From: Psammoneis japonica
Lineage: Eukaryota
Direction of reading: 5' to 3'
NCBI GenBank assembly: GCA_008632985.1
Contig: QPGO01000005.1
Span: 62,001-126,000, forward strand
Length of the DNA: 64,000 bases
The position numbers and the translations under genes were made by a program. This document shows positions 52,633-64,000 of the stretch, piece after piece. The notes below the pieces were generated by a model. It had not been told where the DNA came from. It saw only the letters and a list, made by a program, of their open reading frames with translations, and did not search any database. Each line of letters starts with the position of its first letter. Positions within the stretch are counted from its first letter, which is position 1.

Positions 52633-53514
52633 ATGGCTGCTAAGATCGGCGTGGCACCGCTTTGTCTCTTTCTTTTCCTTTTAGAACCCTTCTCCCTAGC
52701 CTTTGTAATCCCTTCAAAGAGGCACAAATGCTCTTCTGGCACAAGGACGTTTGGCTTGCGTGAGTGGAGAGAAACAGTGCAAGACTTGAGTCAGAAGCCA
52801 ATCCTCCTGCTTCCATTTGCGGCCGACGAAGCACTCATTCAAGGTCAATCGATAAACATTCGCTTGACTGAAGGTCGCTTCTATGACCTGTTTCAAGATT
52901 GCATTGATGATTACGAGTCGATTGTTGGCATGGTGCTCATGGGGGATGACGGGTTGTTGGATGCCATGCCGCTGTGTGAAATTTGTGATTTCGATGTGGA
53001 AGCTGGGTTTCGTGGAAAAGTAACTGTCAGTGTTACTCTCAAAGCTGTTGGGAGAGCAAAGGTTTCAATCACTCAGATGAAGCCAGTCATGATGGGCATG
53101 TGTATAGAACTGGAAGACAACGGAGTAATCGACGTTAAGGCTGCGAACGACCTTGCTGATGATGTTGAACTGGTTATATCAGATATGAGCAGGATAGACA
53201 GCGACGGTGTCAGCATGAAAGAGCGATATGACTCAGCTTTTCAGTTAGCTCTAAATACAGATTCTCGGGCGAATCGAGCAATAAAAGACGAAGGATTGTC
53301 GGTTGACAAAGGCGAAAGGTCCAAAGACGAATTGACAGCAGCAAGCTGGGCGGTATTCTGCAGTGTCTCTGATAAGGCGTCTCTTTACAATGCCATTGCG
53401 ACAACGAGCCTTACGGAACGTCTCGAGCTGGGTTTAAAAGCTCTTCTTGGCGAAAAGTATCGATCAAGCGCAACACCGAAGGGAAGTGACGGCGACATTG
53501 TTGGCTTTGAATGA
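52633..53514 (+). CDS. Plastid-targeted LON N-terminal (substrate-binding) domain-like protein
   Basis: Signal plus SLAF|VIP motif; LLPF..DEALIQGQ..IRLTEGRFYDLF, LKAVGRAKV. Confidence 0.75.
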   Translation: MAAKIGVAPLCLFLFLLEPFSLAFVIPSKRHKCSSGTRTFGLREWRETVQDLSQKPILLLPFAADEALIQGQSINIRLTEGRFYDLFQDCIDDYESIVGMVLMGDDGLLDAMPLCEICDFDVEAGFRGKVTVSVTLKAVGRAKVSITQMKPVMMGMCIELEDNGVIDVKAANDLADDVELVISDMSRIDSDGVSMKERYDSAFQLALNTDSRANRAIKDEGLSVDKGERSKDELTAASWAVFCSVSDKASLYNAIATTSLTERLELGLKALLGEKYRSSATPKGSDGDIVGFE

Positions 53515-53959
53515 GAAACATTCTAAGCTGCTTCTATGTGCCATGTGCCATACTCATTCGTTTCTGACATGGCTCAATGTTGAGACTGGTGATTATTCAG
53601 CCCCTATGTTTTCACGGAATCCTACCATTTTGCGTTACGTGCTCGAGCTACTTTGAGCGAGTCGCGAGTCGCCCCTTTCTTGTTAACAACATAATCTCAT
53701 TCAAATCGTATGTTGAGTCTCTATCCTCTTTAGCAACCTGAGTGCAGCTGTGACTTTCTGCGACTGGCTGCAGGCTTACGCCTTTTCGATTGCCGGCAAC
53801 GAGATCTAGACCTGAAACACATCATGTTCCTGCGACTTTCGGTTACAACGACCTGGTACCGTCATTCTAGAGTTGTGACGAATTTGCGGTAAAATTCGCT
53901 GTGTCTAGAAGGATCACATGAAATAGTTAGCTCGCATGATCGAGAAACTGTTGTGATCT

Positions 53960-54475
53960 TTACTCCGTGCTTCCAAGATCTTCGTAAAACTTCAAAAGCG
54001 CGTCTGCTCTTTCCATCAGTTTAACCACCTCACGAGAGAGAGACTTCTTTTTCTGTCTAATTGCACTATCATTGCAGGAGGAAACCGAGTCAATCCTGGC
54101 AGCCAACGCATCGAGATTTTGGCTTGTCATATAAAGATCCCGCTCTAGATCTCCTTCATAATTTAGGATCCATTGCGGAACAAGATTCCACGCTAGTGAT
54201 GATTCATCATTGTCCCCGTCAACAGCATCTAATCGAGCACGTTCCTTGGCAACTTCTGCTCTCTCTAAAATGGCATCATGCTTCGGCACGGAGTCAGCAG
54301 CTGCTTCCAATTCATCAGTGGCTTGTCGAACTTCAGGCTCAAGATGATCGCCCTCCCACACGTACCGCAGAGCTCCCTTGACACCATATTCTCGAACTAG
54401 TTGTATCGCCACATATGAAACTGCAACAATGGCAACTGAAGCGATGACGGTTGTTGTTCGGCCGCTGCTGCTCAT
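53960..54475 (-). CDS. Membrane-anchored protein with BAG-domain-like C-terminus
   Basis: N-terminal TM; LDALAARIDSV...IRQKKKSLSREVVKLMERAD resembles BAG helices. Confidence 0.65.
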   Translation of the reverse strand: MSSSGRTTTVIASVAIVAVSYVAIQLVREYGVKGALRYVWEGDHLEPEVRQATDELEAAADSVPKHDAILERAEVAKERARLDAVDGDNDESSLAWNLVPQWILNYEGDLERDLYMTSQNLDALAARIDSVSSCNDSAIRQKKKSLSREVVKLMERADALLKFYEDLGSTE

Positions 54476-54706
54476 GGTTGAAGCGCCTTTTTGGTTTTTC
54501 TTCGTGGAGCGGGCGTGTTGTGGTGTCGGTGTCAGTCGTCATGCGCGCCTTCGCGCGAAAGAAAAAGATCTGTAACTGACAAACCAGTACAAAAAGGTCG
54601 TATGTAGAATGTAGTACACTTCCTCCGTAGCCACGTATCTCCGAGTGTCAACTTGGTGTCACCCCCGGCGGCCCCTGGTCTGCTCACAAAATCGAAGGCG
54701 GGAACA

Positions 54707-55506
54707 ATGACGTTCTCACGCTTCGTTTCCTTCAGCCTCATTGCTGCCGGCGCAAGCGCCTTTGTACCACATCATCATGCTCCCAAGCAATCAAAAACTT
54801 TGTTGGAAGCTTCCAAGAGTTCTTGGTGGGGTCCCGCTGCGACGACCGTTCTTGGTTGGGGTTTAGCAACGCAAATTGCAACGGCTTCAGTCGTCTCGCA
54901 ACAGCCTTTACAGCAAGGTGAGGCCTTGTTGTGATAACAATATCATAATCTCATGTAGATAAACTGACACTTTAATCTCTTATATTCTTAGAATATAGTA
55001 CGCCATGTTATCCAACAACGGTCGTCGCTGCTGGTGCCTACCAGCCCGAGGCTGGGTATGATTCATTAGACATGAACATGCCTTCCTACACTGTACAACA
55101 AGTTGGAGTTGACTCTGGTGCTCCAGATCCTGAGAAGGAAGCTGCACAGGCCGCGAAGGATGAGGCGAGAGCAAAGGCAAAGGCCGAACGAGAAGAAGCT
55201 AGATTCCAAGCATATGCAGCCAGGCAAGAAGCAAAGGCAAAATCCGATGCCGAAAAGCAACAGATTCGGGAAAAGGTTCTAGCGGAACGGCAGGCGAAGA
55301 AAGATGCAAAGGCCTCAACATCCACCGATAAAAAGACTAAAGCTGAAAAAGAACAAGCTAAATTCGAGGCGTACGTTGCTAGGAAAGAAGCGAAGGCCAA
55401 GGCGGAGGCTGAAAAACAACGGATCAGAGACAAGGTTGCGGCAGATCGAGAAGCGACCAAAGCGGCTAAAGAAGTGGCGAAGGCAGAGCGGGAAGCAGCT
55501 ACTTAG
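54707..55506 (+). CDS. Plastid-targeted Ala/Lys/Glu-rich coiled-coil protein (intron 54918-54991)
   Basis: MTFSRFVSFSLIAAGASAFVP (ASAFAP motif); the splice joins in frame to 55072..55506; internally duplicated KAE.E.A.F.AY.AR.EAKAK..AEKQ.IR.KV.A.R unit. Confidence 0.8.
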
Positions 55507-55741
55507 AACAACTCTAAAGCAAATGATACGCTTGAAACAATGACAAAGAATCCCGTTAATACTGCTATAGCAAACTGCATTTGCTTAGAATTCCAATTAC
55601 AGCTTTTCGTGAATGAAATCCTCGAGGAAAGAGCGTCTCAACTCTCTGTCATATTATGCGCTAACAACTGCCATCCTGCCGTAGCTCGAACGAAGCTTTC
55701 ACCCTCGCTGTAGCTCACAGAGTCCGGCAGTCGAGAAAAAC

Positions 55742-58714
55742 TCATAAACTCCAGTGTTCCACTAGTTGTTGAATGGCAGAAATTGAAGCATCATTACCAA
55801 TGATTTTGATGCGCCTTTCAAACACGTAAAGCCTAGCATTGTCAACAGGAAACTTTTCGCCATTTTGGCGTGTTGGGTGGTAGCCTGGGAAGGCGTTGTG
55901 ATCGAAAGGACACCAGCCAATGAGTTGCCAACCAGTTCGCCATGCACACCTTGTCACGTTCCAACGTGAGAACTGATCTCCTTGAAGTGACAAGCCAAGC
56001 TTGATTGTTGCTACCGACCTCTTTTCATCCACCGAGTTGGTAAGAAGAGCAATCAAACTTTGGAATGTCTTGAAAATCAATTGCTCGTGCTCGTTTGGGT
56101 CTTCTTCTTTTCCCGTGTATGGGAAATTCCACGAAAAGCACCTCAGAGGGTAATTTCGGGCGATACCGATAACCTGCTGGTTCAGTTGAAGCCTAGTCGC
56201 GTCAACCCCAATCAACGCATCGCTAATTTTGGGACCAGGGGATGGCAAAATTGTCGAGGTGACTAGTGGTGGAAAGCCAAACGAATGCAACGCTCTTGTA
56301 AACTGAAAGTTGCCCTCCCCAAGAAGCATCATTGTAGCAGCCTTGTCACAAAACCAATCAACGGCGGTCTGAGGATATGTCAGTGACTCGAGAACAGGTA
56401 CCAATGCTTCCATAGGGCTTGTCGAGTCATCCTCACCGAACGATTCCGTGTCCGCGTCTCCATGAGCGAAGATGCATTCGCTGCCCTTGGTACATTTTCC
56501 CGATTCGTAAAAGCGACATGGCGGACGAGGTGCGTATATTGAATGTGACTGTCTACAACTTTCACCGTACTTGCAGTTACCTTTAAGGAAATGGATGCAC
56601 GCCATTTTACCCCCTGTAGATGCCTTGAATCTCTGATGTACCGGATTATGAATACCTCTAAGGCTTCTGGCCAATGGCAAAGCCTTCGCAGCAGAACTAG
56701 TCGTGGCAAGCATCGACAGAGCATCGCAAAGAATAGCGCCTTTCGAATATCCATAGACACGCGTGATCATGTCTCGTTCGTCTAGCTCAAAAGCTGACTT
56801 CATCCAAATCTCCGGTGCCTTCTTCCAAGCTGGAGTCGGATCAGAACAGCGCAACCAGCTCGGTTCGTACTTTGCAAGAAAAAGAGTGTTTATGGTATTC
56901 GTGACGATTTCATGAACCGATCGCATGCTGGTAGGATTCAAATCATTAGCCCTGCACCATAACATGTGCTCGCTATCAACCTCTTCTGTCCACTCTCTAA
57001 CATCTTGCTGTGTTTTCAGCTCGGTAGATTTATGCCAATTGTGGTCCCAGTACATGTACGCAGAGAGGTTTGCCAATGCGACAGATGGCACCGAACTGGC
57101 CTGCACATCAGGATAGAAGCTTTCAAGAATGTCCTGATTCTTGTCGGTATTGCTAAAATGATGAATGACTGGCGCTGGCTTGTGGTGGTAAATCGCCATT
57201 AACGCCAAGGTCTCGTGCAGCAGACCCAACCTTCCTCCCTCCAGAACGGTTCTAGCGTCTGTGACACTTAACGGCAATGCTGCCACCAAGCTTCCGTATT
57301 CCGTAGGAACAACCCGTTCCTCGTACATTGTTCCCGCTTGATGACACGTGCCAATTTCAACGAGATAGTCTATCGCGTCCTCGACAGCTTCATCATCCGG
57401 AGGATCGAGGCACCGCTGTAAGACTTTACGCGGGTCGCCCACTCTTAACTTATCATCTGCGCACACCATAGCAAGCACTTCATTGTGACATGAGCTCATT
57501 TGCAACTGTGGCACATCCCACTGCTCCAGATTATTGATGTAGAAGCCCCGAGTGACGAGGCGAAAGACACGTCCGGGACAGGTGCGCCCCGTGCGGCCTT
57601 TACGTTGCTCTGCAATCGATTTTGAACACCAAACAGTACGGGCAATGTAGCTTCGCGTGTCAACATCCCAGCTCACTGCCAAAGCCCGGCATAGGTCAAT
57701 GACACAAGACACGCCCGGGACAGTCACCGACGAGTCGGCAATAGCAGAAGCGAGCAACACCCGGCGCCTTCCCCTATGGTTGTGAGACGACATGTTTCGA
57801 ATGCAGTCTTCAATATCCACAGCAGAATGCAACACGCTGAGCTCAAGACTTTCGCCATTGACGTAAGAAAGGGTCATGTAGAGTTGCTCCAAGTGTCGAT
57901 AAGTCGGTGCAAAGATAAGAAAGGGCGATGCCTTCGGTTCTTCCTCGTCGAGGTTTGATACCAACGATCGAATCAACGACACCATTCCATCAGAGATGGT
58001 CTTGCCCCTGTCTGACTTTAGATCTGCATATGAGTCATGATACATTTGGCGGATGAATCCTTTGTGTTGATAAAGACGAGCATCGTCTTTCAAATCATCC
58101 AAGTACAATGTTTCAACTTGATTGTGCCAAGCCACAAAGCTCTGCATAGTCTCGAGATTGATAGTGTCGATCATGGAGCATCCAGGAACATTGTGAAAAT
58201 ACTCCGCATAGCGACGGTGATTAAATGTAGCGCTCATGAGCACCAAGCGAATATGTTCCCTCGGATGCGTCTGCATGAATTGTTTCACCAACGCCAACAC
58301 CAAGTCACTTTCTGGAGATCGCTCGTGACACTCGTCAACAATGACACACTCGAATTTACTCAAGGCTTCTACTCCATTGTTGCGCAATTCTTCTAACAGA
58401 ATCCCAGCGGTCGTAAACAATAGTTTGGTGTTGTGATTCGACAAGTTGTGATTTCCAACGTGGTATCCAACAGAGCTGCCGCCTAGAGCTACACCACGTT
58501 CCTCCGCCACACGCTTGGCAATAGCAACCACCGCTAGTCTTCGCGGCTGGGAACACAAGATTCGTCCCTGAAGACCGTCGAGCAAAAGAGGAGGAATCAG
58601 TGTGCTTTTTCCACATCCTGTGGGGCCAATAATGATGGTAAGCCTGTTCAAGGTGACTTTCTCGATGATCCTGGATCGGATTCTCTCCGAGATCATGGGC
58701 TTTTCGGAAGACAT
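55742..58714 (-). CDS. DExH-box RNA helicase with two CCCH zinc fingers and a C-terminal DUF2431/BMT5-like Rossmann domain
   Basis: GPTGCGKST, QPRRLA, DECHERS, MSAT, QRKGRTGR; CIHFLKGNCKYGESCRQSH and CRFYESGKCTKGSECIFAH; LLGEGNFQF...DATRL...WNFPYTG. Confidence 0.9.
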   Translation of the reverse strand: MSSEKPMISERIRSRIIEKVTLNRLTIIIGPTGCGKSTLIPPLLLDGLQGRILCSQPRRLAVVAIAKRVAEERGVALGGSSVGYHVGNHNLSNHNTKLLFTTAGILLEELRNNGVEALSKFECVIVDECHERSPESDLVLALVKQFMQTHPREHIRLVLMSATFNHRRYAEYFHNVPGCSMIDTINLETMQSFVAWHNQVETLYLDDLKDDARLYQHKGFIRQMYHDSYADLKSDRGKTISDGMVSLIRSLVSNLDEEEPKASPFLIFAPTYRHLEQLYMTLSYVNGESLELSVLHSAVDIEDCIRNMSSHNHRGRRRVLLASAIADSSVTVPGVSCVIDLCRALAVSWDVDTRSYIARTVWCSKSIAEQRKGRTGRTCPGRVFRLVTRGFYINNLEQWDVPQLQMSSCHNEVLAMVCADDKLRVGDPRKVLQRCLDPPDDEAVEDAIDYLVEIGTCHQAGTMYEERVVPTEYGSLVAALPLSVTDARTVLEGGRLGLLHETLALMAIYHHKPAPVIHHFSNTDKNQDILESFYPDVQASSVPSVALANLSAYMYWDHNWHKSTELKTQQDVREWTEEVDSEHMLWCRANDLNPTSMRSVHEIVTNTINTLFLAKYEPSWLRCSDPTPAWKKAPEIWMKSAFELDERDMITRVYGYSKGAILCDALSMLATTSSAAKALPLARSLRGIHNPVHQRFKASTGGKMACIHFLKGNCKYGESCRQSHSIYAPRPPCRFYESGKCTKGSECIFAHGDADTESFGEDDSTSPMEALVPVLESLTYPQTAVDWFCDKAATMMLLGEGNFQFTRALHSFGFPPLVTSTILPSPGPKISDALIGVDATRLQLNQQVIGIARNYPLRCFSWNFPYTGKEEDPNEHEQLIFKTFQSLIALLTNSVDEKRSVATIKLGLSLQGDQFSRWNVTRCAWRTGWQLIGWCPFDHNAFPGYHPTRQNGEKFPVDNARLYVFERRIKIIGNDASISAIQQLVEHWSL

Positions 58715-58949
58715 GAAAGATTTTTTATGGCTTGCAATATGGGATTTTCTATTCACACTACTGTCGGTAGGATGGGTTAAGAGTCGAGCATTCGCCGTCT
58801 ATTCAAATCCGTCAAGTGCGTTCAATGGAGTTCATTCGGTCCCTGTCCCGTGTGACCGTGTGTTTTGGATGTTCTTTGCTGTTGGGAGTTGGGCCGGTTG
58901 CGCTGTTGGCTGTTGGCTGTTGGCTCTATGTTGACTCTATTGTGATGGC

Positions 58950-61900
58950 TGACAGCCGTTTTGTTGCGCGTTGCGCATGCCACCGGTGACCTTGCTTCCC
59001 ATTGCCGGCATGTGAGCGATCCTGCAGTGACATCATGGCAAACCTGAGCTTTTCTCTGAACAGAAGGTCTTTGCAAGACCATGTGCAGCAAATGCAATGA
59101 AAAGCCCGCACACTGCTTTTGGAGGTCTTCCATGTGCAGCCAAAGTTCTGACAGACAACAGTTCAAAATGGGTCAGAAAAAAGCATGAGGGGCAGGGGCT
59201 TGAGGGGGCTGGGTGTGAGCCTGAGACTCCCAACAGCTTCAGAAGTTTGAGATTTAACAGCACCTTGCTTCTTGTGCTGGTCCTGCCAGTCAAGCACACC
59301 GCTCCAACATTTCCATCACCAGCCAAGCTTTTGGGTGGTCTTTTCTTTTGTGCCTTTTGTTTTCTCATTTTGCCTGCTGCTGACGCTGCTGCTTGTGCAC
59401 TGTCACACTGTGTTGCACAGACAGCCATCTTTTAAACAGGGAAATTTTCAACCCACCTGCGCCAGAGCTTGTGCAGCTTCTGTGTGGGTTGTGAGGTGAG
59501 TTGAAAAAAAGACTCTCAAAAAGAGCCAAGGGATGAGTTAAAAAAACTCTCCAGCCAAGCAACGCTGTGACAAAAAACAGAACACTGTTTTTCAAAGTGC
59601 ATTTGGTGCCCCCCCCCCCCCTTTGCACAGAAATCTAAAAGGCAGCCACCACCAAAGCCAGTGAGAAATCCACAGAGCCAAGAACTTGGGAGAAACAAAG
59701 GTCATTGAGTGTCCTTGTTGCGGGCTGGCGGCGCCGGGACAATCTAACGGACATCCAGGACAGATGATGATCGTGCACCAGATGAGAAAGAAAGTGAGCA
59801 AAGGAGAGATCATCGGATCTCTCCATGCTGTCTGTGCCAGTCTGTCCAACACAAGGGAGTGTGCTCCCCATCTTGGATGTCTGTCACCCTCCCCTGATGA
59901 GCAGCAATGCAATTCTCAACAAGAAAGAAAGAGAGAATCTGAGTGAAAAGAGAGGACCAGACTGGCAGAACAAAGAAGAGCACCAAAAGAAATGGCCAAG
60001 ACTTGGTCCGCAAACACGACAACAATCAATGACAACACCCCATCAAGCGACGAGCATGTCAGGAACAAAACATCCATCCCGCGATCAATGCATCGGTCTT
60101 CGACAAAAAATGTCAAAGGCAGTTCCCAACAAATCTTTTGGATGAATTGAGTCGTGCACCAAAGAATGATTTCATCAATCCACAAACAATCAAGCACAAA
60201 GAGACATTCTGGCAAGTCATCCTGTCGCCAAAAATCATCGGAAGAGATGGGGCCAAAAATTGGAAATCCACCATGGCGAGTGATGCGTTGAAAATGAAGC
60301 AATGGCATCCCACCTGGCAAACCAACACTTCTGCCACACTTTGTGTCGCCCTTGAAAAACACATTGGAGAAACAAAATGAATCACAAAGTCGCTCAATGT
60401 TGGAAGAACAGTGACGTGTCGTAGGTGAGCATCGCACGGCGTTCAAAACGTGGTCATCAAGCAAGGTGTCTTGGGTGGAAAGCAGAGTTCTCAACAGCCT
60501 GACATGTTTCCTCTGCATTGTGGGAATCCCTCCCCTGATCAACAAACCTTGCGGACTGGCGGCATCGGGACAATCTAGCTGATGTCTAGGACAGATGACA
60601 ATCGTGTGCCAGATGAGAAAGAAAGTGAGCAAAGGAGAGATCATCGGATCTCTCCATGCTGTCCATGCCAGTCTGTCCAACACAAGGGAGTGCACTCCCC
60701 ATCTCGGATGTCTGTCACCCTCCCCTGATGAGCAATGTGCAATGCTTGGCAAGAAAGAGAGAGATGATCCAAACAAAAAGAGAGGACCAGAACAGCAAAG
60801 AAAACAAAGAAGAGTGCCAAAAGAAATGGCCAAGACTTGGTCCGTAAATGTGACAACAATCAACAATGACATCCCATCAAGGGACAAGCATGTCGGGAAC
60901 AAAACATCCATCCCACGCTCAATGCATTGGCCTTCGACAAAAAATGTCAAAGGCAGTTCCCAACAAATCTTTTGGACAAATTGAGTCATGCACCAAAGAA
61001 CAATTTTGTCAATCCACAAATGAGCAACAGCAAAGAGACATTCTGGCGAGTCACACTGTCGCCAAAACTCATCGGAAGAGATGGGGCCAAAAAATGGAAA
61101 TCCACCATGGCAAAGGATGCGGTGAAAATGAAGCAACAGCAATCCACCTGACAAGCCAATGCTTCTGTCACCGAATTTGTCGCCCCTGAAAAACACATTG
61201 GACAAAACAAGTGAATCACAAAGTTGCTCAACGTTGGAAGAACAATGACGTGTTGCAGGTGAGCACCGCACGGCGTTCAAATCATGGTCGTCAAGTGCGG
61301 TTTCTTGGTTGAAGGTTGAATTCTCAACAGCCTGACTTGCTTCCTCTGCACTGCAGAAATCCCTCCCCTGATCAAAAAGCACAGGGTCATCATCAGGGAT
61401 GGTTGACAGGTCGGGAGCACCAGGAAAAATGCTGTTTGACACCACAACGGTCTTGACAGCGAAGGAAAGAGGCGACACACTGGAATGGTTGGTGTGATGA
61501 TCAATCGTGCACACTTCCTCTGCACGACATTGCTCCCTCCCTTGATCAGAAAATGAAGGATCATCATCAGCGATGGTGGACAGGTCCAGAGCACCATGAA
61601 AAGCACAAATGGACACAACAACAGTCCTGACAACGGAGGAAAGAGACGTGATGGCAGAAGGCAGCAAGACTCTGTGGTCCTCTTTCATGACCACCCTGCT
61701 TCTGTTGGCCTTGCTTGGACAATGGAAAGAATGGCGGCATCGCATGTCTGAAATTAACGACGGCCCGAACCAAAAATCTGAGTGCAAATCAACTTGACAA
61801 CCAACGGAGCACTGGCAGCATCCGCAAGCATCAGATGACGGTGGGATGTGGGTGGCAAGCAGCTTGGGTGCAACCTTGGTAAGAGAGAGCAGTCCATCCT

Positions 61901-64000
61901 TGAGGTGAACATGGCCATTTTTGCATGGAACAACAGAATGGCCCGAAACAAAAAACTTTGGGGTCTCGAGTGGGCAGGATTGGACTTCAGCAGGAAGCAC
62001 CACCGATTCGGCAGGGAGTTCAAGGGATCCAGCATCAACAACTGCAGATGGCTCACCAACAGATTCCACAACAGACATGGTGGACTTGACAGTCAAGGAA
62101 TTGGCATCCGCAGGATCCATCCGAGCATCCACAGTGAGTGCACCTGCAACATGAGACACAACAGCAGCATCAGTGTTGCATGCAGCAGACCCAGCAACTG
62201 GGCCCAGCTTGGAGGCCTTAAATCCATGAGAGTGCGAAGGATGGGTCACAGATGCAGCAGGAAGCACAACAGCTTTCCCGCATCCGTGAGTGTCACCGGA
62301 AGGGGAAGCATCCTGTTGGCCACAAGCTGGCACATCCTTGAGAAGTCCTTTAGGATGGGCAGTGTACAGAACACTGGTCGGAGGCAGAGTCATGTTTGAA
62401 TCTTCAGCAGGAGGGTGAACACTCTTCAACGCATTGGTCACAGCTTGCTCAAACTGTTTTGGACCACCAGGTGAATGAGTGGCTGAGGCCTTGGCAAGGT
62501 CTTCAGGAGCAGCACCTGCAGTGGCAGCCGGCCGAGGTGAAGAACTTGGAGCAGAAGAGGAATCCGGGAAAGGAGCATCAGACACATCATCCCAACAATC
62601 ACAAGATTGAAAACCAGGACGAAAATGGAGATGAACAGTCCCTGCATGTGTCGTCATGGTGTCATGACCTTCCGAGATCGCTTTGATCACAGCCTTCTGA
62701 AGAGTGCTGAGGTTCAGACAAACCAGAGAACCTTGAGGAGCAGCCACAAAGAGAGGAGCCTTGTCAAAGATCGGTCTGATTTGTGCAAGATCTGCAGTCA
62801 GTGCAGCTTGAGGGATGATGAGGTTCTGAACGATCTCATGACGGAGAACAGCAACAGCATCGTTCTTTGGGCCTTGAGGGGCAAATCCATCCAAAAGATC
62901 TTCAAGAGCAGGGTTCTTGTCTGAATGAAGGGTGTTCAGGAAAATGTGTGCATCGGGTGGGCAATCATGCGGTTTGAATTCAACCAGCATCGTCTTGATC
63001 TTGGTCAAATCAACGGCATTTGGGTTTTTGTTCACCATGGTTGCGAGGGAAAAAATCAAATTCCTGTGCAGAGCTCTGGCATGTGTTCTGCGGTGGTCAT
63101 GATGATCACAAATCAAGAGAGAAAAACAGCTGTGACAAAGATGACAATTTCAACAGAGAAACATCACCAAATCACACAAAGAACGTTGCGATGGATGAGC
63201 ACAGAGGAAGAGGAACAGTGTGCTGCTCCTCACAACCTTGCGGGCTAGTGGCATCGGGACAATCTGACGGACATCTAGGACAGATGACAATCGTGTGCCA
63301 GATGAGAAAGAAAGTGAGCAAAGGAGAGATCATCGGATCTCTCCATGCTGTCTGTGCCACTCTGTCTGACACAAGGGAGTGCACTCCCCATCTCGGATGT
63401 CTGTCACCTTGTTTTTTCCCTCTGAGACTGCAGGGCTCTGCCAGGCAGGGACGACTCAGAAGTGATGAAAGCTGAAGATGAAGGAAACAGGAGATGTGTT
63501 TTCAACCCAGGTGGGTCACTCGGGGACAATGCACAAGGTTTTCTGTGCATTTCTGCGTGACACGCACTTTTTGCACCACAATCGTGTGCAATTTTCAAGC
63601 TCCCACGCGATGCTGTCTTTTTTTCATGCCTCATCCACAAATCGCGCACACCAAAAATGGCACCATGCCGCTGCCATGAACTCGACCATCCTTGCACCAT
63701 CATCCGTGATGACAAAGAAGGCAAGAATGCCAAAAGAGGTCAACAAGACTGAGGTCAATGTGATGATGTGGTTGAAGTTTTGATTTTTGCCGTTTGTCAT
63801 GTCTTGTGGACAGCCTTTTTCCTCATGACATTTTTTATGCCAATTTTTCTCATCCTCAGATTGCAATGCGGCATTCTTCAACATGCAAGGCTCCACTGAC
63901 TTGATGCTTCACACACACAACAATGCACATCTTTGTGGCACGTCAGTGTGATTTTTGTGATGCATGTGTGGGAGGAACTCAAACAGAGCCACAAGCCAAG
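58950..64000. repeat. TpA-depleted repeat block 6
   Basis: TA nearly absent; CpG partly retained in 59.7-63.4 kb. Confidence 0.85.
59718..61375. repeat. ~830-bp tandem duplication; third partial copy at 63236-63408
   Basis: ccagatgagaaagaaagtgagcaaaggagagatcatcggatctctccatgctgtc occurs at ~59778, ~60609 and ~63298; copies A and B stay colinear for about 800 bp. Confidence 0.9.

Noticed and set aside
1038..64000. Hundreds of short Cys/His/Gln-rich ORFs in the repeat blocks
   Set aside because: They overlap in all six frames, lack Tyr and mostly end in TGA; this is the expected by-product of TAA/TAG depletion, not genes.

Overview
Eukaryotic DNA, most likely a diatom. Evidence: short GT-AG introns, ASAFAP-type bipartite plastid targeting signals, and CoDi-like Ty1/copia elements. 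About half the window is ordinary gene islands: GT4 glycosyltransferase, lumenal FKBP, AKR, TTBK/CK1 kinase, KTI12, PCC beta, P4H, two methyltransferases, a LON-N protein and a DExH/CCCH helicase. These alternate sharply with six repeat blocks (~0.95-13.0, 16.1-20.5, 33.1-35.4, 40.0-41.3, 43.4-52.4, 59.0-64 kb) that are nearly devoid of TpA, largely devoid of CpG, and rich in TpG/CpA. The main signal is a repeat-targeted, strand-symmetric TpA->TpG/CpA (A:T->G:C) hypermutation, the reverse direction of fungal RIP. Conserved Tyr codons in retrotransposon proteins have become Cys/His, paired LTRs differ by CA<->TG swaps, and paralogous repeat copies show TA versus TG/CA directly. TAA/TAG loss also explains the flood of spurious Cys/His-rich ORFs. 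Other observations: a nested copia element with non-canonical AG..CT LTR termini, a CRE-like LINE that escaped the mutation, a tRNA-derived SINE/TRIM-like unit, and many -1 frameshifts in host genes (probably long-read errors). All calls are by eye; no searches or counts were run.
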